Shown: positions 1 to 15,000 of the stretch, in pieces | Position numbering within the stretch: position 1 is the stretch's first letter | Layout: every line of letters begins with the position of its first letter | Assembly: GCA_040954595.2 (NCBI GenBank) | Contig: CM082593.2 | Coordinates: 10,553,477 to 10,617,476, forward strand | Source: Balanoglossus misakiensis | Lineage: Eukaryota; Animalia; Hemichordata | Direction: 5' to 3' | Length of the DNA: 64,000 bases | Made by a program: the position numbers and the translations under genes | Notes under the pieces: model-generated | Seen by the model: only the letters and a program-made list of their open reading frames with translations | What the model was told of the DNA's origin: nothing | Databases searched by the model: none

Positions 1-3000
1 CGAAAATCATCAAATAATGACAATTTTTTTACTGCAAAATCTCAAAATTTCATCGATTTTTGAAAAAAATCATGGGTGAAAATCATCAAAAAATGACAAA
101 TTTTCGACTTTGCAAAATCTCAAAATTTCGTCGATTTTTGAAGAAAATCAAGGGTGAAAATCATCAAAAAATGACAAATTTTCCTCTTTGCAAAATCTCA
201 AAATTTCGTCGATTTTTAAAAAAAGACATGGGTGTAAATCATCAAAAAATAACAAATTTTCGACTTTGCAAAATCTCAAAATTTCGTCGATTTTTGAAAA
301 AAATCATGTGTGAAAATCATTAAAAAATGACAAATTTTCGACTTTGCAAAATCTCAAAATTTCGTCAATTTTTGAAAAAATCATGGGTGAAAATCATCAA
401 AAAATGACAAATTTTCGTCTTTGCAAAATCTCAAAATTTCGTCCATTTTAAAAAAAAACGGGGGAAAATGATCAAAAAATGACAAATTTTCGACTGCAAA
501 ATCTCAAAATTTCGTCAATTTTGAAAAAAATCATGGTCGAAAATCATCAAATAATGACAATTTTTTTACTGCAAAATCTCAAAATTTCATCGATTTTTGA
601 AAAAAATCATGGGTGAAAATCATCAAAAAATGACAAATTTTCGACTTTGCAAAATCTGAAAATTTCGTCGATTTTTGAAAAAAATCATGGGTGAAAATCA
701 TCAAAAAATGACAAATTTTCGACTTTGCAAAATCTCAAAATTTCGTCAATTTTTGAAAAAATCATGGGTGAAAATCATCAAAAAATGACAAATTTTCGTC
801 TTTGCAAAATCTCAAAATTTCGTCGGTTTTTGAAAAATAATATGGGTGAAAATCATCAAAAAATGACAAATTTTCGACTTTGCAAAATCTCAAAATTTCG
901 TCGGTTTTGAAAAAAATCATGGGTTCGTCGATTTTTTTAAATAAAAACATGGGTGAAAATCATCAAAAAATGACAAATGTTCGACTTTGCAAAATCTAAA
1001 AATTTCGTCGATTTTTGAAAAAAAATCATGGGTGAAAATCATCAAAAAATGACAAATTTTCGTCTTTGCAAAATCTCAAAATTTCGTCCATTTTTGAAAA
1101 AAAAATCATGGGTAAAAATCATCAAAAATGACAAATTTTCGTCTTTGCAAAATCTCAAATTTTCGTCGATTTTTGAAAAAAAATCATGGTTGAAAATCAT
1201 CAAAAAATGACAAAATGTTCGACTTTGTAAAATCACAAAATTTCGTCGATTTTGAAAAAAATCATAGGTTCGTCGAATTTTTTTAAAAAAACATGGGTGA
1301 AAATCATCAAAAAATGACAAATTTTGAAAAAAAAACGGGTGAAAATCATCAAAAAATGACCTATTTTCGTCGACTTTGCAAAATCTCAAAATTTCGTCGA
1401 TGTTTGAAAAAAATCATGGGGGAAAATCATGAAAAAATGACATATTTTCCTCTTTGCAAAATCTCAAAATTTCGTCGATTTTTAAAAAAAGACATGGGTG
1501 AAAATCATCAAAAAATAACAAATTTTCGACTTTGCAAAATCTCAAAATTTCGTCCATTTTTGAAAAAAAATCATGGGTAAAAATCATCAAAAAATGACAA
1601 ATTTTCGTCTTTGCAAAATCTCACAATTTCGTCGATTTTTGAAAAAAATCATGTGTGAAAATCATCAAAAAATGACAAATTTTCGACTTTGCAAAATCTC
1701 AAAATTTCGTCAATTTTTGAAAAAATCATGGGTGAAAATCATCAAAAAATGACAAATTTTCGTCTTTGCAAAATCTCAACATTTCGTCCATTTAAAAACA
1801 AAAACGGGGGAAAATCATCAAAAAATGACAAATTTTCGACTTTGCAAAATCTCAAAATTTCGTCGATTTTTGAAAAAAATCATGGGTGAAAATCATCAAA
1901 AAATGACAAATTTTCGACTTTGCAAAATCTCAAAATTTCGTCAATTTTTGAAAAAATCATGGGTGAAAATCATCAAAAAATGACAAATTTTCGACTTCGC
2001 AAAATCTCAAAATTTCGTCGATTTTTAAAAAAAGACATGGGTGAAAATCATCAAAAAATGACAAATTTTCGACTTTGTAAAATCTCACAATTTCGTCGAT
2101 TTTGAAAAAAATCATAGGTTCGTCGATTTTTTAAAAAAAAACATGGGTGAAAATATTCACAAAATGACAAATTTTGAAAAAAAAACGGGTGAAAATCATC
2201 AAAAAATGACACATTTTCGTCGACTTTGCAAAATCTCAAAATTTCGTCGATTTTGAAAAAAATCATAGGTTCGTCGATTTTTAAAAAAAAAACATGGGTG
2301 AAAATCATCACAAAATGACAAATTTTGAAAAAAAAAACGGGTGAAAATCATCAAAAAATGACAAATTTTCGACTTTGCAAAATCTCAAAATTTCGTCAAT
2401 TTTTGAAAAAATCATGGGTGAAAATCATCACAAAATGACAAATTTTGAAAAAAAAACGGGTGAAAATCATCAAAAAATGACAAATTTTCGTCTTTGCAAA
2501 ATCTCAAAATTTCGTCCATTTAAAAAAAAAAACGGGGGAAAATCATCAAAAAATGACACATTTTCGACTTTGCAAAATCTCAAAATTTCGTCAATTTTTG
2601 AAAAAATCATTGATGAAAATCATCAAAAAATGACAAATTTTCGTCTTTGCAAAATCTCAAAATTTCGTCGGTTTTTAAAAAATAATATGGGTGAAAACCA
2701 TCAAAAAATGACAAATTTTTGACTGCAAAATCTCAACATTTAGTCGATTTTTGAAAAAAATCATGGGTGAAAATCATCAAAAAATGACAAATTTTCGACT
2801 TTGCAAAATCTCAAAATTTCGTCGGTTTTGAAAAAAATCATGGGTTCGTCGATTTTTTTAAATAAAAACATGGGTGAAAATCATCAAAAAATGACAAATG
2901 TTCGACTTTGCAAAATCTCAAAATTTCGTCGATTTTGAAAAAAATCATAGGTTCGTCGATTTTTTAAAAAAAAACATGGGTGAAAATCATCACAAAATGA

Positions 3001-6000
3001 CAAATTTTGAAAAAAAAACGGGTGAAAATCATCAAAAAATGACACATTTACGACTTTGCAAAATCTCAAAATTTCGTCGATTTTTGGAAAAAAACCATGG
3101 GTGAAAATCATGAAAAAATGACAAATTTTCCTCTTTGCAAAATCTCAAAATTTCGTCGATTTTTGAAAAAAAATCATGGGTGAAAATCATCACAAAATGA
3201 CAAATTTTGAAAAAAAAAACGGGTGAAAATCATCAAAAAATGACAAATTTTCGACTTTGCAAAATCTCAAAATTTCGTCGATTTTTGAAAAAAATAATGG
3301 GGAAAATGATCAAAAAATGACAAATTTTCGACTGCAAAATTTCAAAATTTCGTCAATTTTGAAAAAATCATGGGTGAAAATCATCAAAAAATGACAAATT
3401 TTCGACTGCAAAATCTCAAAATTTCGTCGATTTTTGAAAAAAAATCATGGGTAAAAATCATCAAAAATGACAAATTTTCGTCTTTGCAAAATCTCAAACT
3501 TTCGTCCATTTTTAAAAAACAATCATGGGGGAAAATCATCAAAAAATGACAAATTTTCGATTTTGCAAAATCTCAAAATTTCGTCGATTTTTGAAAAAAA
3601 ATGTGTGAAAATCATCAAAAAATGACACATTTTCGTCGACTTTGCAAAATCTCAAAATTTCGTCGATTTTTGAAAAAAATCATGGGGGAAAATCATGAAA
3701 AAATGACAAATTTTCGACTTTGCAAAATCTCAAAATTTCGTCAATTTTGAATAAAAATCATGGGTGAAAATCATCAAAAAATGACAAATTTTCGACTTTG
3801 CAAAATCTCACAATTTCGTCGATTTTGTTCACCAAAAAATGAGAAATTTTCGGCTTTGCAAAATCTCAAAATTTCGTCAATTTTGAAAAAAATCATGGGT
3901 GAAAATCATCAAAAAATGACAAATTTTCGACTTTGCAAAATCTCAAAATTTCGTCGATTTTTGAAGAAAATCATGGGTGAAAATCATCAAAAAATGACAA
4001 ATTTTCGACTTTGCAAAATCTCAAAATTTTTTCGATTGTTGAAAAAAATCATCGGTGAAAATCATCAAAAAATGACAAATTTTCGACTTTGCAAAATCTC
4101 AAAATTTTGTTGATTTTTGAAAAAAATCATAGGTGAAAATCATCAAAAAATGACAAATTTTCGACTTTGCAAAATCTCAAAATTTCGTCGATTTTTGAAG
4201 AAAATCATGGGTGAAAATCATCAAAAAATGACAAATTTTGAAAAAAAAACGGGTGAAAATCATCAAAAAATGACATATTTACGACTTTGCAAAATCTCAA
4301 AATTTCGTCGATTTTTGAAAAAAAACCGGGTGAAAATCATCAAAAAATGACACATTTACGACTTTGCAAAATCTCAAAATTTCGTCGATTTTTGAAAAAA
4401 AATCATGGGTGAAAATCATCAAAAAATGACAAATTTTCGATTTTGCTAAATCTCAAAATTTCGTCGATTTTTGAAAAAAACGGGTGAAAATCATCAAAAA
4501 ATGACACATTTTCGTCGACTTTGCAAAATCTCAAAATTTCGTCGATTTTTGAAGAAAATCATGGGTGAAAATCATCAAAAAATTACAAATTTTCGACTTT
4601 GCAAAATCTCAAAATTTCGTCAATTTTGAAAAAAATCATCGGTGAAAATCATCAAAAAATTACAAATTTTTTACTGCAAAATCTCAAATTTTCGTCGATT
4701 TTTTAAAAAAATTGTTGAAAATCATCAAAAAATGACAAATTTTCCTCTCTTGCAATTTCTGAAAATTTCGTCGATTTTTGAGAAAAATCATGGGTGAAAA
4801 TCAACAAAAAATGACAAATTTTCGACTTTGCAAAATCTCAAATTTTCGTCGATTTTTGAAAAAAATCATGGGGGAAAATGATCAAAAAATGACAAATTTT
4901 CGACTGCAAAATCTCAAAATTTCGTCAATTTTGAAAAAAATCATGGGTGAAAATCATGAAAAAATGACAATTTTTTTACTGCAAAATCTCAAAATTTCAT
5001 CGATTTTTGAAAAAAATCATGGGTGAAAATCATCAAAAAATGACAAATTTTCGACTTTGCAAAATCTCAAAATTTCGTCGATTTTTGAAAAACAAAATCA
5101 TGGGAAAAAATCTTCAAAAAATGACAAATTTTCGACTTTGCAAAATCTCAAAATTTCGTCGATTTTTGAAAAAAATAATGGGGAAAATGATCAAAAAATG
5201 ACAAATTTTCGACTGCAAAATTTCAAAATTTCGTCAATTTTGAAAAAAATCATGGTCGAAAATCATCAAATAATGACAATTTTTTTACTGCAAAATCTCA
5301 AAATTTCATCGATTTTTGAAAAAAATCATGGGTGAAAATCATCAAAAAATGACAAATTTTCGACTTTGCAAAATCTCAAAATTTCGTCGATTTTTGAAGA
5401 AAATCAAGGGTGAAAATCATCAAAAAATGACAAATTTTCCTCTTTGCAAAATCTCAAAATTTCGTCGATTTTTAAAAAAAAGACATGGGTGTAAATCATC
5501 AAAAAATAACAAATTTTCGACTTTGCAAAATCTCAAAATTTCGTCGATTTTTGAAAAAAATCATGTGTGAAAATCATTAAAAAATGACAAATTTTCGACT
5601 TTGCAAAATCTCAAAATTTCGTCAATTTTTGAAAAAATCATGGGTGAAAATCATCAAAAAATGACAAATTTTCGTCTTTGCAAAATCTCAAAATTTCGTC
5701 CATTTTAAAAAAAAAACGGGGGAAAATGATCAAAAAATGACAAATTTTCGACTGCAAAATCTCAAAATTTCGTCAATTTTGAAAAAAATCATGGTCGAAA
5801 ATCATCAAATAATGACAATTTTTTTACTGCAAAATCTCAAAATTTCATCGATTTTTGAAAAAAATCATGGGTGAAAATCATCAAAAAATGACAAATTTTC
5901 GACTTTGCAAAATCTCAAAATTTCGTCGATTTTTGAAGAAAATCAAGGGTGAAAATCATCAAAAAATGACAAATTTTCGACTTTGCAAAATCTGAAAATT

Positions 6001-9000
6001 TCGTCGATTTTTGAAAAAAATCATGGGTGAAAATCATCAAAAAATGACAAATTTTCGACTTTGCAAAATCTCAAAATTTCGTCAATTTTTGAAAAAATCA
6101 TGGGTGAAAATCATCAAAAAATGACAAATTTTCGGCTTTGCAAAATCTCAAAATTTCGTCAATTTTGAAAAAAATCATGGGTGAAAATCATCAAAAAATG
6201 ACAAATTTTCGACTTTGCAAAATCTCAAAATTTCGTCGATTTTTGAAAAAAATCATGGGTGAAAATCATCAAAAAAATGACAAATTTTCGACTTTGCAAA
6301 ATCTCAAAATTTTTTCGATTGTTGAAAAAAATCATCGGTGAAAATCATCAAAAAATGACAAATTTTCGACTTTGCAAAATCTGAAAATTTCGTCGATTTT
6401 TGAAAAAAATCATGGGTGAAAATCATCAAAAAATGACAAATTTTCGACTTTGCAAAATCTCAAAATTTCGTCAATTTTTGAAAAAATCATGGGTGAAAAT
6501 CATCAAAAAATGACAAATTTTCGGCTTTGCAAAATCTCAAAATTTCGTCAATTTTGAAAAAAATCATGGGTGAAAATCATCAAAAAATGACAAATTTTCG
6601 ACTTTGCAAAATCTCAAAATTTCGTCGATTTTTGAAAAAAATCATGGGTGAAAATCATCAAAAAAATGACAAATTTTCGACTTTGCAAAATCTCAAAATT
6701 TCGTCGATTTTTGAAGAAAATCATGGGTGAAAATCATCAAAAAATGACAAATTTTCGACTTTGCAAAATCTCAAAATTTTTTCGATTGTTGAAAAAAATC
6801 ATCGGTGAAAATCATCAAAAAATGACAAATTTTCGACTTTGCAAAATCTCAAAATTTTGTTGATTTTTGAAAAAAATCATAGGTGAAAATCATCAAAAAA
6901 TGACAAATTTTCGACTTTGCAAAATCTCAAAATTTCGTCGATTTTTGAAGAAAATCATGGGTGAAAATCATCAAAAAATGACAAATTTTGAAAAAAAAAC
7001 GGGTGAAAATCATCAAAAAATGACATATTTACGACTTTGCAAAATCTCAAAATTTCGTCGATTTTTGAAAAAAAACCGGGTGAAAATCATCAAAAAATGA
7101 CACATTTACGACTTTGCAAAATCTCAAAATTTCGTCGATTTTTGAAAAAAAATCATGGGTGAAAATCATCAAAAAATGACAAATTTTCGATTTTGCTAAA
7201 TCTCAAAATTTCGTCGATTTTTGAAAAAAACGGGTGAAAATCATCAAAAAATGACACATTTTCGTCGACTTTGCAAAATCTCAAAATTTCGTCGATTTTT
7301 GAAGAAAATCATGGGTGAAAATCATCAAAAAATTACAAATTTTCGACTTTGCAAAATCTCAAAATTTCGTCAATTTTGAAAAAAATCATCGGTGAAAATC
7401 ATCAAAAAATTACAATTTTTTTACTGCAAAATCTCAAATTTTCGTCGATTTTTTAAAAAAATTGTTGAAAATCATCAAAAAATGACAAATTTTCCTGTCT
7501 TGCAAAATCTGAAAATTTCGTCGATTTTTGAGAAAAATCATGGGTGAAAATCAACAAAAAATGACAAATTTTCGACTTTGCAAAATCTCAAATTTTCGTC
7601 GATTTTTGAAAAAAATCATGGGGGAAAATGATCAAAAAATGACAAATTTTCGACTGCAAAATCTCAAAATTTCGTCAATTTTGAAAAAAATCATGGGTGA
7701 AAATCATGAAAAAATGACAATTTTTTTACTGCAAAATCTCAAAATTTCATCGATTTTTGAAAAAAATCATGGGTGAAAATCATCAAAAAATGACAAATTT
7801 TCGACTTTGCAAAATCTCAAAATTTCGTCGATTTTTGAAAAACAAAATCATGGGAAAAAATCTTCAAAAAATGACAAATTTTCGACTTTGCAAAATCTCA
7901 AAATTTCGTCGATTTTTGAAAAAAATAATGGGGAAAATGATCAAAAAATGACAAATTTTCGACTGCAAAATTTCAAAATTTCGTCAATTTTGAAAAAAAT
8001 CATGGTCGAAAATCATCAAATAATGACAATTTTTTTACTGCAAAATCTCAAAATTTCATCGATTTTTGAAAAAAATCATGGGTGAAAATCATCAAAAAAT
8101 GACAAATTTTCGACTTTGCAAAATCTCAAAATTTCGTCGATTTTTGAAGAAAATCAAGGGTGAAAATCATCAAAAAATGACAAATTTTCCTCTTTGCAAA
8201 ATCTCAAAATTTCGTCGATTTTTAAAAAAAGACATGGGTGTAAATCATCAAAAAATAACAAATTTTCGACTTTGCAAAATCTCAAAATTTCGTCGATTTT
8301 TGAAAAAAATCATGTGTGAAAATCATTAAAAAATGACAAATTTTCGACTTTGCAAAATCTCAAAATTTCGTCAATTTTTGAAAAAATCATGGGTGAAAAT
8401 CATCAAAAAATGACAAATTTTCGTCTTTGCAAAATCTCAAAATTTCGTCCATTTTAAAAAAAAAACGGGGGAAAATGATCAAAAAATGACAAATTTTCGA
8501 CTGCAAAATCTCAAAATTTCGTCAATTTTGAAAAAAATCATGGTCGAAAATCATCAAATAATGACAATTTTTTTACTGCAAAATCTCAAAATTTCATCGA
8601 TTTTTGAAAAAAATCATGGGTGAAAATCATCAAAAAATGACAAATTTTCGACTTTGCAAAATCTCAAAATTTCGTCGATTTTTGAAGAAAATCAAGGGTG
8701 AAAATCATCAAAAAATGACAAATTTTCGACTTTGCAAAATCTGAAAATTTCTTCGATTTTTGAAAAAAATCATGGGTGAAAATCATCAAAAAATGACAAA
8801 TTTTCGACTTTGCAAAATCTCAAAATTTCGTCAATTTTTGAAAAAAATAATGGGGAAAATGATCAAAAAATGACAAATTTTCGACTGCAAAATTTCAAAA
8901 TTTCGTCAATTTTGAAAAAAATCATGGGTGAAAATCATCAAAAAATGACAAATTTTCGTCTTTGCAAAATCTCAAAATTTCGTCGGTTTTTGAAAAATAA

Positions 9001-12000
9001 TATGGGTGAAAATCATCAAAAAATGACAAATTTTCGACTTTGCAAAATCTCAAAATTTCGTCGGTTTTGAAAAAAATCATGGGTTCGTCGATTTTTTTAA
9101 ATAAAAACATGGGTGAAAATCATCAAAAAATGACAAATGTTCGACTTTGCAAAATCTAAAAATTTCGTCGATTTTTGAAAAAAAATCATGGGTGAAAATC
9201 ATCAAAAAATGACAAATTTTCGTCTTTGCAAAATCTCAAAATTTCGTCCATTTTTGAAAAAAAATCATGGGTAAAAATCATCAAAAATGACAAATTTTCG
9301 TCTTTGCAAAATCTCAAATTTTCGTCGATTTTTGAAAAAAAATCATGGTTGAAAATCATCAAAAAATGACAAAATGTTCGACTTTGTAAAATCACAAAAT
9401 TTCGTCGATTTTGAAAAAAATCATAGGTTCGTCGATTTTTTTAAAAAAAACATGGGTGAAAATCATCAAAAAATGACAAATTTTGAAAAAAAAACGGGTG
9501 AAAATCATCAAAAAATGACCTATTTTCGTCGACTTTGCAAAATCTCAAAATTTCGTCGATTTTTGAAAAAAATCATGGGGGAAAATCATGAAAAAATGAC
9601 ATATTTTCCTCTTTGCAAAATCTCAAAATTTCGTCGATTTTTAAAAAAAGACATGGGTGAAAATCATCAAAAAATAACAACTTTTCGACTTTGCAAAATC
9701 TCAAAATTTCGTCCATTTTTGAAAAAAAATCATGGGTAAAAATCATCAAAAAATGACAAATTTTCGTCTTTGCAAAATCTCACAATTTCGTCGATTTTTG
9801 AAAAAAATCATGTGTGAAAATCATCAAAAAATGACAAATTTTCGACTTTGCAAAATCTCAAAATTTCGTCAATTTTTGAAAAAATCATGGGTGAAAATCA
9901 TCAAAAAATGACAAATTTTCGTCTTTGCAAAATCTCAACATTTCGTCCATTTAAAAACAAAAACGGGGGAAAATCATCAAAAAATGACAAATTTTCGACT
10001 TTGCAAAATCTCAAAATTTCGTCAATTTTGAAAAAAATCATGGGTGAAAATCATCAAAAAATGACAAATTTTCGACTTTGCAAAATCTCAAAATTTCGTC
10101 AATTTTTGAAAAAATCATGGGTGAAAATCATCAAAAAATGACAAATTTTCGACTTTGCAAAATCTCAAAATTTCGTCAATTTTTGAAAAAATCATGGGTG
10201 AAAATCATCAAAAAATGACAAATTTTCGTCTTTGCAAAATCTCAACATTTCGTCCATTTAAAAACAAAAACGGGGGAAAATCATCAAAAAATGACAAATT
10301 TTCGACTTTGCAAAATCTCAAAATTTCGTCAATTTTGAAAAAAATCATGGGTGAAAATCATCAAAAAATGACAAATTTTCGGCTTTGCAAAATCTCAAAA
10401 TTTCGTCAATTTTGAAAAAAATCATGGGTGAAAATCATCAAAAAATGACAAATTTTCGACTTTGCAAAATCTCAAAATTTCGTCGATTTTTGAAAAAAAT
10501 CATGGGTGAAAATCATCAAAAAAATGACAAATTTTCGACTTTGCAAAATCTCAAAATTTCGTCGATTTTTGAAGAAAATCATGGGTGAAAATCATCAAAA
10601 AATGACAAATTTTCGACTTTGCAAAATCTCAAAATTTTTTCGATTGTTGAAAAAAATCATCGGTGAAAATCATCAAAAAATGACAAATTTTCGACTTTGC
10701 AAAATCTCAAAATTTTGTTGATTTTTGAAAAAAATCATAGGTGAAAATCATCAAAAAATGACAAATTTTCGACTTTGCAAAATCTCAAAATTTCGTCGAT
10801 TTTTGAAGAAAATCATGGGTGAAAATCATCAAAAAATGACAAATTTTGAAAAAAAAACGGGTGAAAATCATCAAAAAATGACATATTTACGACTTTGCAA
10901 AATCTCAAAATTTCGTCGATTTTTGAAAAAAAACCGGGTGAAAATCATCAAAAAATGACACATTTACGACTTTGCAAAATCTCAAAATTTCGTCGATTTT
11001 TGAAAAAAAATCATGGGTGAAAATCATCAAAAAATGACAAATTTTCGATTTTGCTAAATCTCAAAATTTCGTCGATTTTTGAAAAAAACGGGTGAAAATC
11101 ATCAAAAAATGACACATTTTCGTCGACTTTGCAAAATCTCAAAATTTCGTCGATTTTTGAAGAAAATCATGGGTGAAAATCATCAAAAAATTACAAATTT
11201 TCGACTTTGCAAAATCTCAAAATTTCGTCAATTTTGAAAAAAATCATCGGTGAAAATCATCAAAAAATTACAATTTTTTTACTGCAAAATCTCAAATTTT
11301 CGTCGATTTTTTAAAAAAATTGTTGAAAATCATCAAAAAATGACAAATTTTCCTCTCTTGCAAAATCTGAAAATTTCGTCGATTTTTGAGAAAAATCATG
11401 GGTGAAAATCAACAAAAAATGACAAATTTTCGACTTTGCAAAATCTCAAATTTTCGTCGATTTTTGAAAAAAATCATGGGGGAAAATGATCAAAAAATGA
11501 CAAATTTTCGACTGCAAAATCTCAAAATTTCGTCAATTTTGAAAAAAATCATGGGTGAAAATCATGAAAAAATGACAATTTTTTTACTGCAAAATCTCAA
11601 AATTTCATCGATTTTTGAAAAAAATCATGGGTGAAAATCATCAAAAAATGACAAATTTTCGACTTTGCAAAATCTCAAAATTTCGTCGATTTTTGAAAAA
11701 CAAAATCATGGGAAAAAATCTTCAAAAAATGACAAATTTTCGACTTTGCAAAATCTCAAAATTTCGTCGATTTTTGAAAAAAATAATGGGGAAAATGATC
11801 AAAAAATGACAAATTTTCGACTGCAAAATTTCAAAATTTCGTCAATTTTGAAAAAAATCATGGTCGAAAATCATCAAATAATGACAATTTTTTTACTGCA
11901 AAATCTCAAAATTTCATCGATTTTTGAAAAAAATCATGGGTGAAAATCATCAAAAAATGACAAATTTTCGACTTTGCAAAATCTCAAAATTTCGTCGATT

Positions 12001-15000
12001 TTTGAAGAAAATCAAGGGTGAAAATCATCAAAAAATGACAAATTTTCCTCTTTGCAAAATCTCAAAATTTCGTCGATTTTTAAAAAAAGACATGGGTGTA
12101 AATCATCAAAAAATAACAAATTTTCGACTTTGCAAAATCTCAAAATTTCGTCGATTTTTGAAAAAAATCATGTGTGAAAATCATTAAAAAATGACAAATT
12201 TTCGACTTTGCAAAATCTCAAAATTTCGTCAATTTTTGAAAAAATCATGGGTGAAAATCATCAAAAAATGACAAATTTTCGTCTTTGCAAAATCTCAAAA
12301 TTTCGTCCATTTTAAAAAAAAAACGGGGGAAAATGATCAAAAAATGACAAATTTTCGACTGCAAAATCTCAAAATTTCGTCAATTTTGAAAAAAATCATG
12401 GTCGAAAATCATCAAATAATGACAATTTTTTTACTGCAAAATCTCAAAATTTCATCGATTTTTGAAAAAAATCATGGGTGAAAATCATCAAAAAATGACA
12501 AATTTTCGACTTTGCAAAATCTCAAAATTTCGTCGATTTTTGAAGAAAATCAAGGGTGAAAATCATCAAAAAATGACAAATTTTCGACTTTGCAAAATCT
12601 GAAAATTTCTTCGATTTTTGAAAAAAATCATGGGTGAAAATCATCAAAAAATGACAAATTTTCGACTTTGCAAAATCTCAAAATTTCGTCAATTTTTGAA
12701 AAAAATAATGGGGAAAATGATCAAAAAATGACAAATTTTCGACTGCAAAATTTCAAAATTTCGTCAATTTTGAAAAAAATCATGGGTGAAAATCATCAAA
12801 AAATGACAAATTTTCGTCTTTGCAAAATCTCAAAATTTCGTCGGTTTTTGAAAAATAATATGGGTGAAAATCATCAAAAAATGACAAATTTTCGACTTTG
12901 CAAAATCTCAAAATTTCGTCGGTTTTGAAAAAAATCATGGGTTCGTCGATTTTTTTAAATAAAAACATGGGTGAAAATCATCAAAAAATGACAAATGTTC
13001 GACTTTGCAAAATCTAAAAATTTCGTCGATTTTTGAAAAAAAATCATGGGTGAAAATCATCAAAAAATGACAAATTTTCGTCTTTGCAAAATCTCAAAAT
13101 TTCGTCCATTTTTGAAAAAAAATCATGGGTAAAAATCATCAAAAATGACAAATTTTCGTCTTTGCAAAATCTCAAATTTTCGTCGATTTTTGAAAAAAAA
13201 TCATGGTTGAAAATCATCAAAAAATGACAAAATGTTCGACTTTGTAAAATCACAAAATTTCGTCGATTTTGAAAAAAATCATAGGTTCGTCGATTTTTTT
13301 AAAAAAAACATGGGTGAAAATCATCAAAAAATGACAAATTTTGAAAAAAAAACGGGTGAAAATCATCAAAAAATGACCTATTTTCGTCGACTTTGCAAAA
13401 TCTCAAAATTTCGTCGATTTTTGAAAAAAATCATGGGGGAAAATCATGAAAAAATGACATATTTTCCTCTTTGCAAAATCTCAAAATTTCGTCGATTTTT
13501 AAAAAAAGACATGGGTGAAAATCATCAAAAAATAACAACTTTTCGACTTTGCAAAATCTCAAAATTTCGTCCATTTTTGAAAAAAAATCATGGGTAAAAA
13601 TCATCAAAAAATGACAAATTTTCGTCTTTGCAAAATCTCACAATTTCGTCGATTTTTGAAAAAAATCATGTGTGAAAATCATCAAAAAATGACAAATTTT
13701 CGACTTTGCAAAATCTCAAAATTTCGTCAATTTTTGAAAAAATCATGGGTGAAAATCATCAAAAAATGACAAATTTTCGTCTTTGCAAAATCTCAACATT
13801 TCGTCCATTTAAAAACAAAATCGGGGGAAAATCATCAAAAAATGACAAATTTTCGACTTTGCAAAATCTCAAAATTTCGTCAATTTTGAAAAAAATCATG
13901 GGTGAAAATCATCAAAAAATGACAAATTTTCGACTTTGCAAAATCTCAAAATTTCGTCAATTTTTGAAAAAATCATGGGTGAAAATCATCAAAAAATGAC
14001 AAATTTTCGACTTTGCAAAATCTCAAAATTTCGTCAATTTTTGAAAAAATCATGGGTGAAAATCATCAAAAAATGACAAATTTTCGACTTTGCAAAATCT
14101 CAAAATTTCGTCAATTTTTGAAAAAATCATGGGTGAAAATCATCAAAAAATGACAAATTTTCGACTTCGCAAAATCTCAAAATTTCGTCGATTTTTAAAA
14201 AAAGACATGGGTGAAAATCATCAAAAAATGACAAATTTTCGACTTTGTAAAATCTCACAATTTCGTCGATTTTGAAAAAATCATAGGTTCGTCGATTTTT
14301 TAAAAAAAAACATGGGTGAAAATATTCACAAAATGACAAATTTTGAAAAAAAAACGGGTGAAAATCATCAAAAAATGACACATTTTCGTCGACTTTGCAA
14401 AATCTCAAAATTTCGTCGATTTTGAAAAAAATCATAGGTTCGTCGATTTTTAAAAAAAAAACATGGGTGAAAATCATCACAAAATGACAAATTTTGAAAA
14501 AAAAACGGGTGAAAATCATCAAAAAATGACAAATTTTCGACTTTGCAAAATCTCAAAATTTCGTCAATTTTTGAAAAAATCATGGGTGAAAATCATCACA
14601 AAATGACAAATTTTGAAAAAAAAACGGGTGAAAATCATCAAAAAATGACAAATTTTCGTCTTTGCAAAATCTCAAAATTTCGTCCATTTAAAAAAAAAAA
14701 CGGGGGAAAATCATCAAAAAATGACACATTTTCGACTTTGCAAAATCTCAAAATTTCGTCAATTTTTGAAAAAATCATTGATGAAAATCATCAAAAAATG
14801 ACAAATTTTCGTCTTTGCAAAATCTCAAAATTTCGTCGGTTTTTAAAAAATAATATGGGTGAAAACCATCAAAAAATGACAAATTTTTGACTGCAAAATC
14901 TCAACATTTAGTCGATTTTTGAAAAAAATCATGGGTGAAAATCATCAAAAAATGACAAATTTTCGACTTTGCAAAATCTCAAAATTTCGTCGGTTTTGAA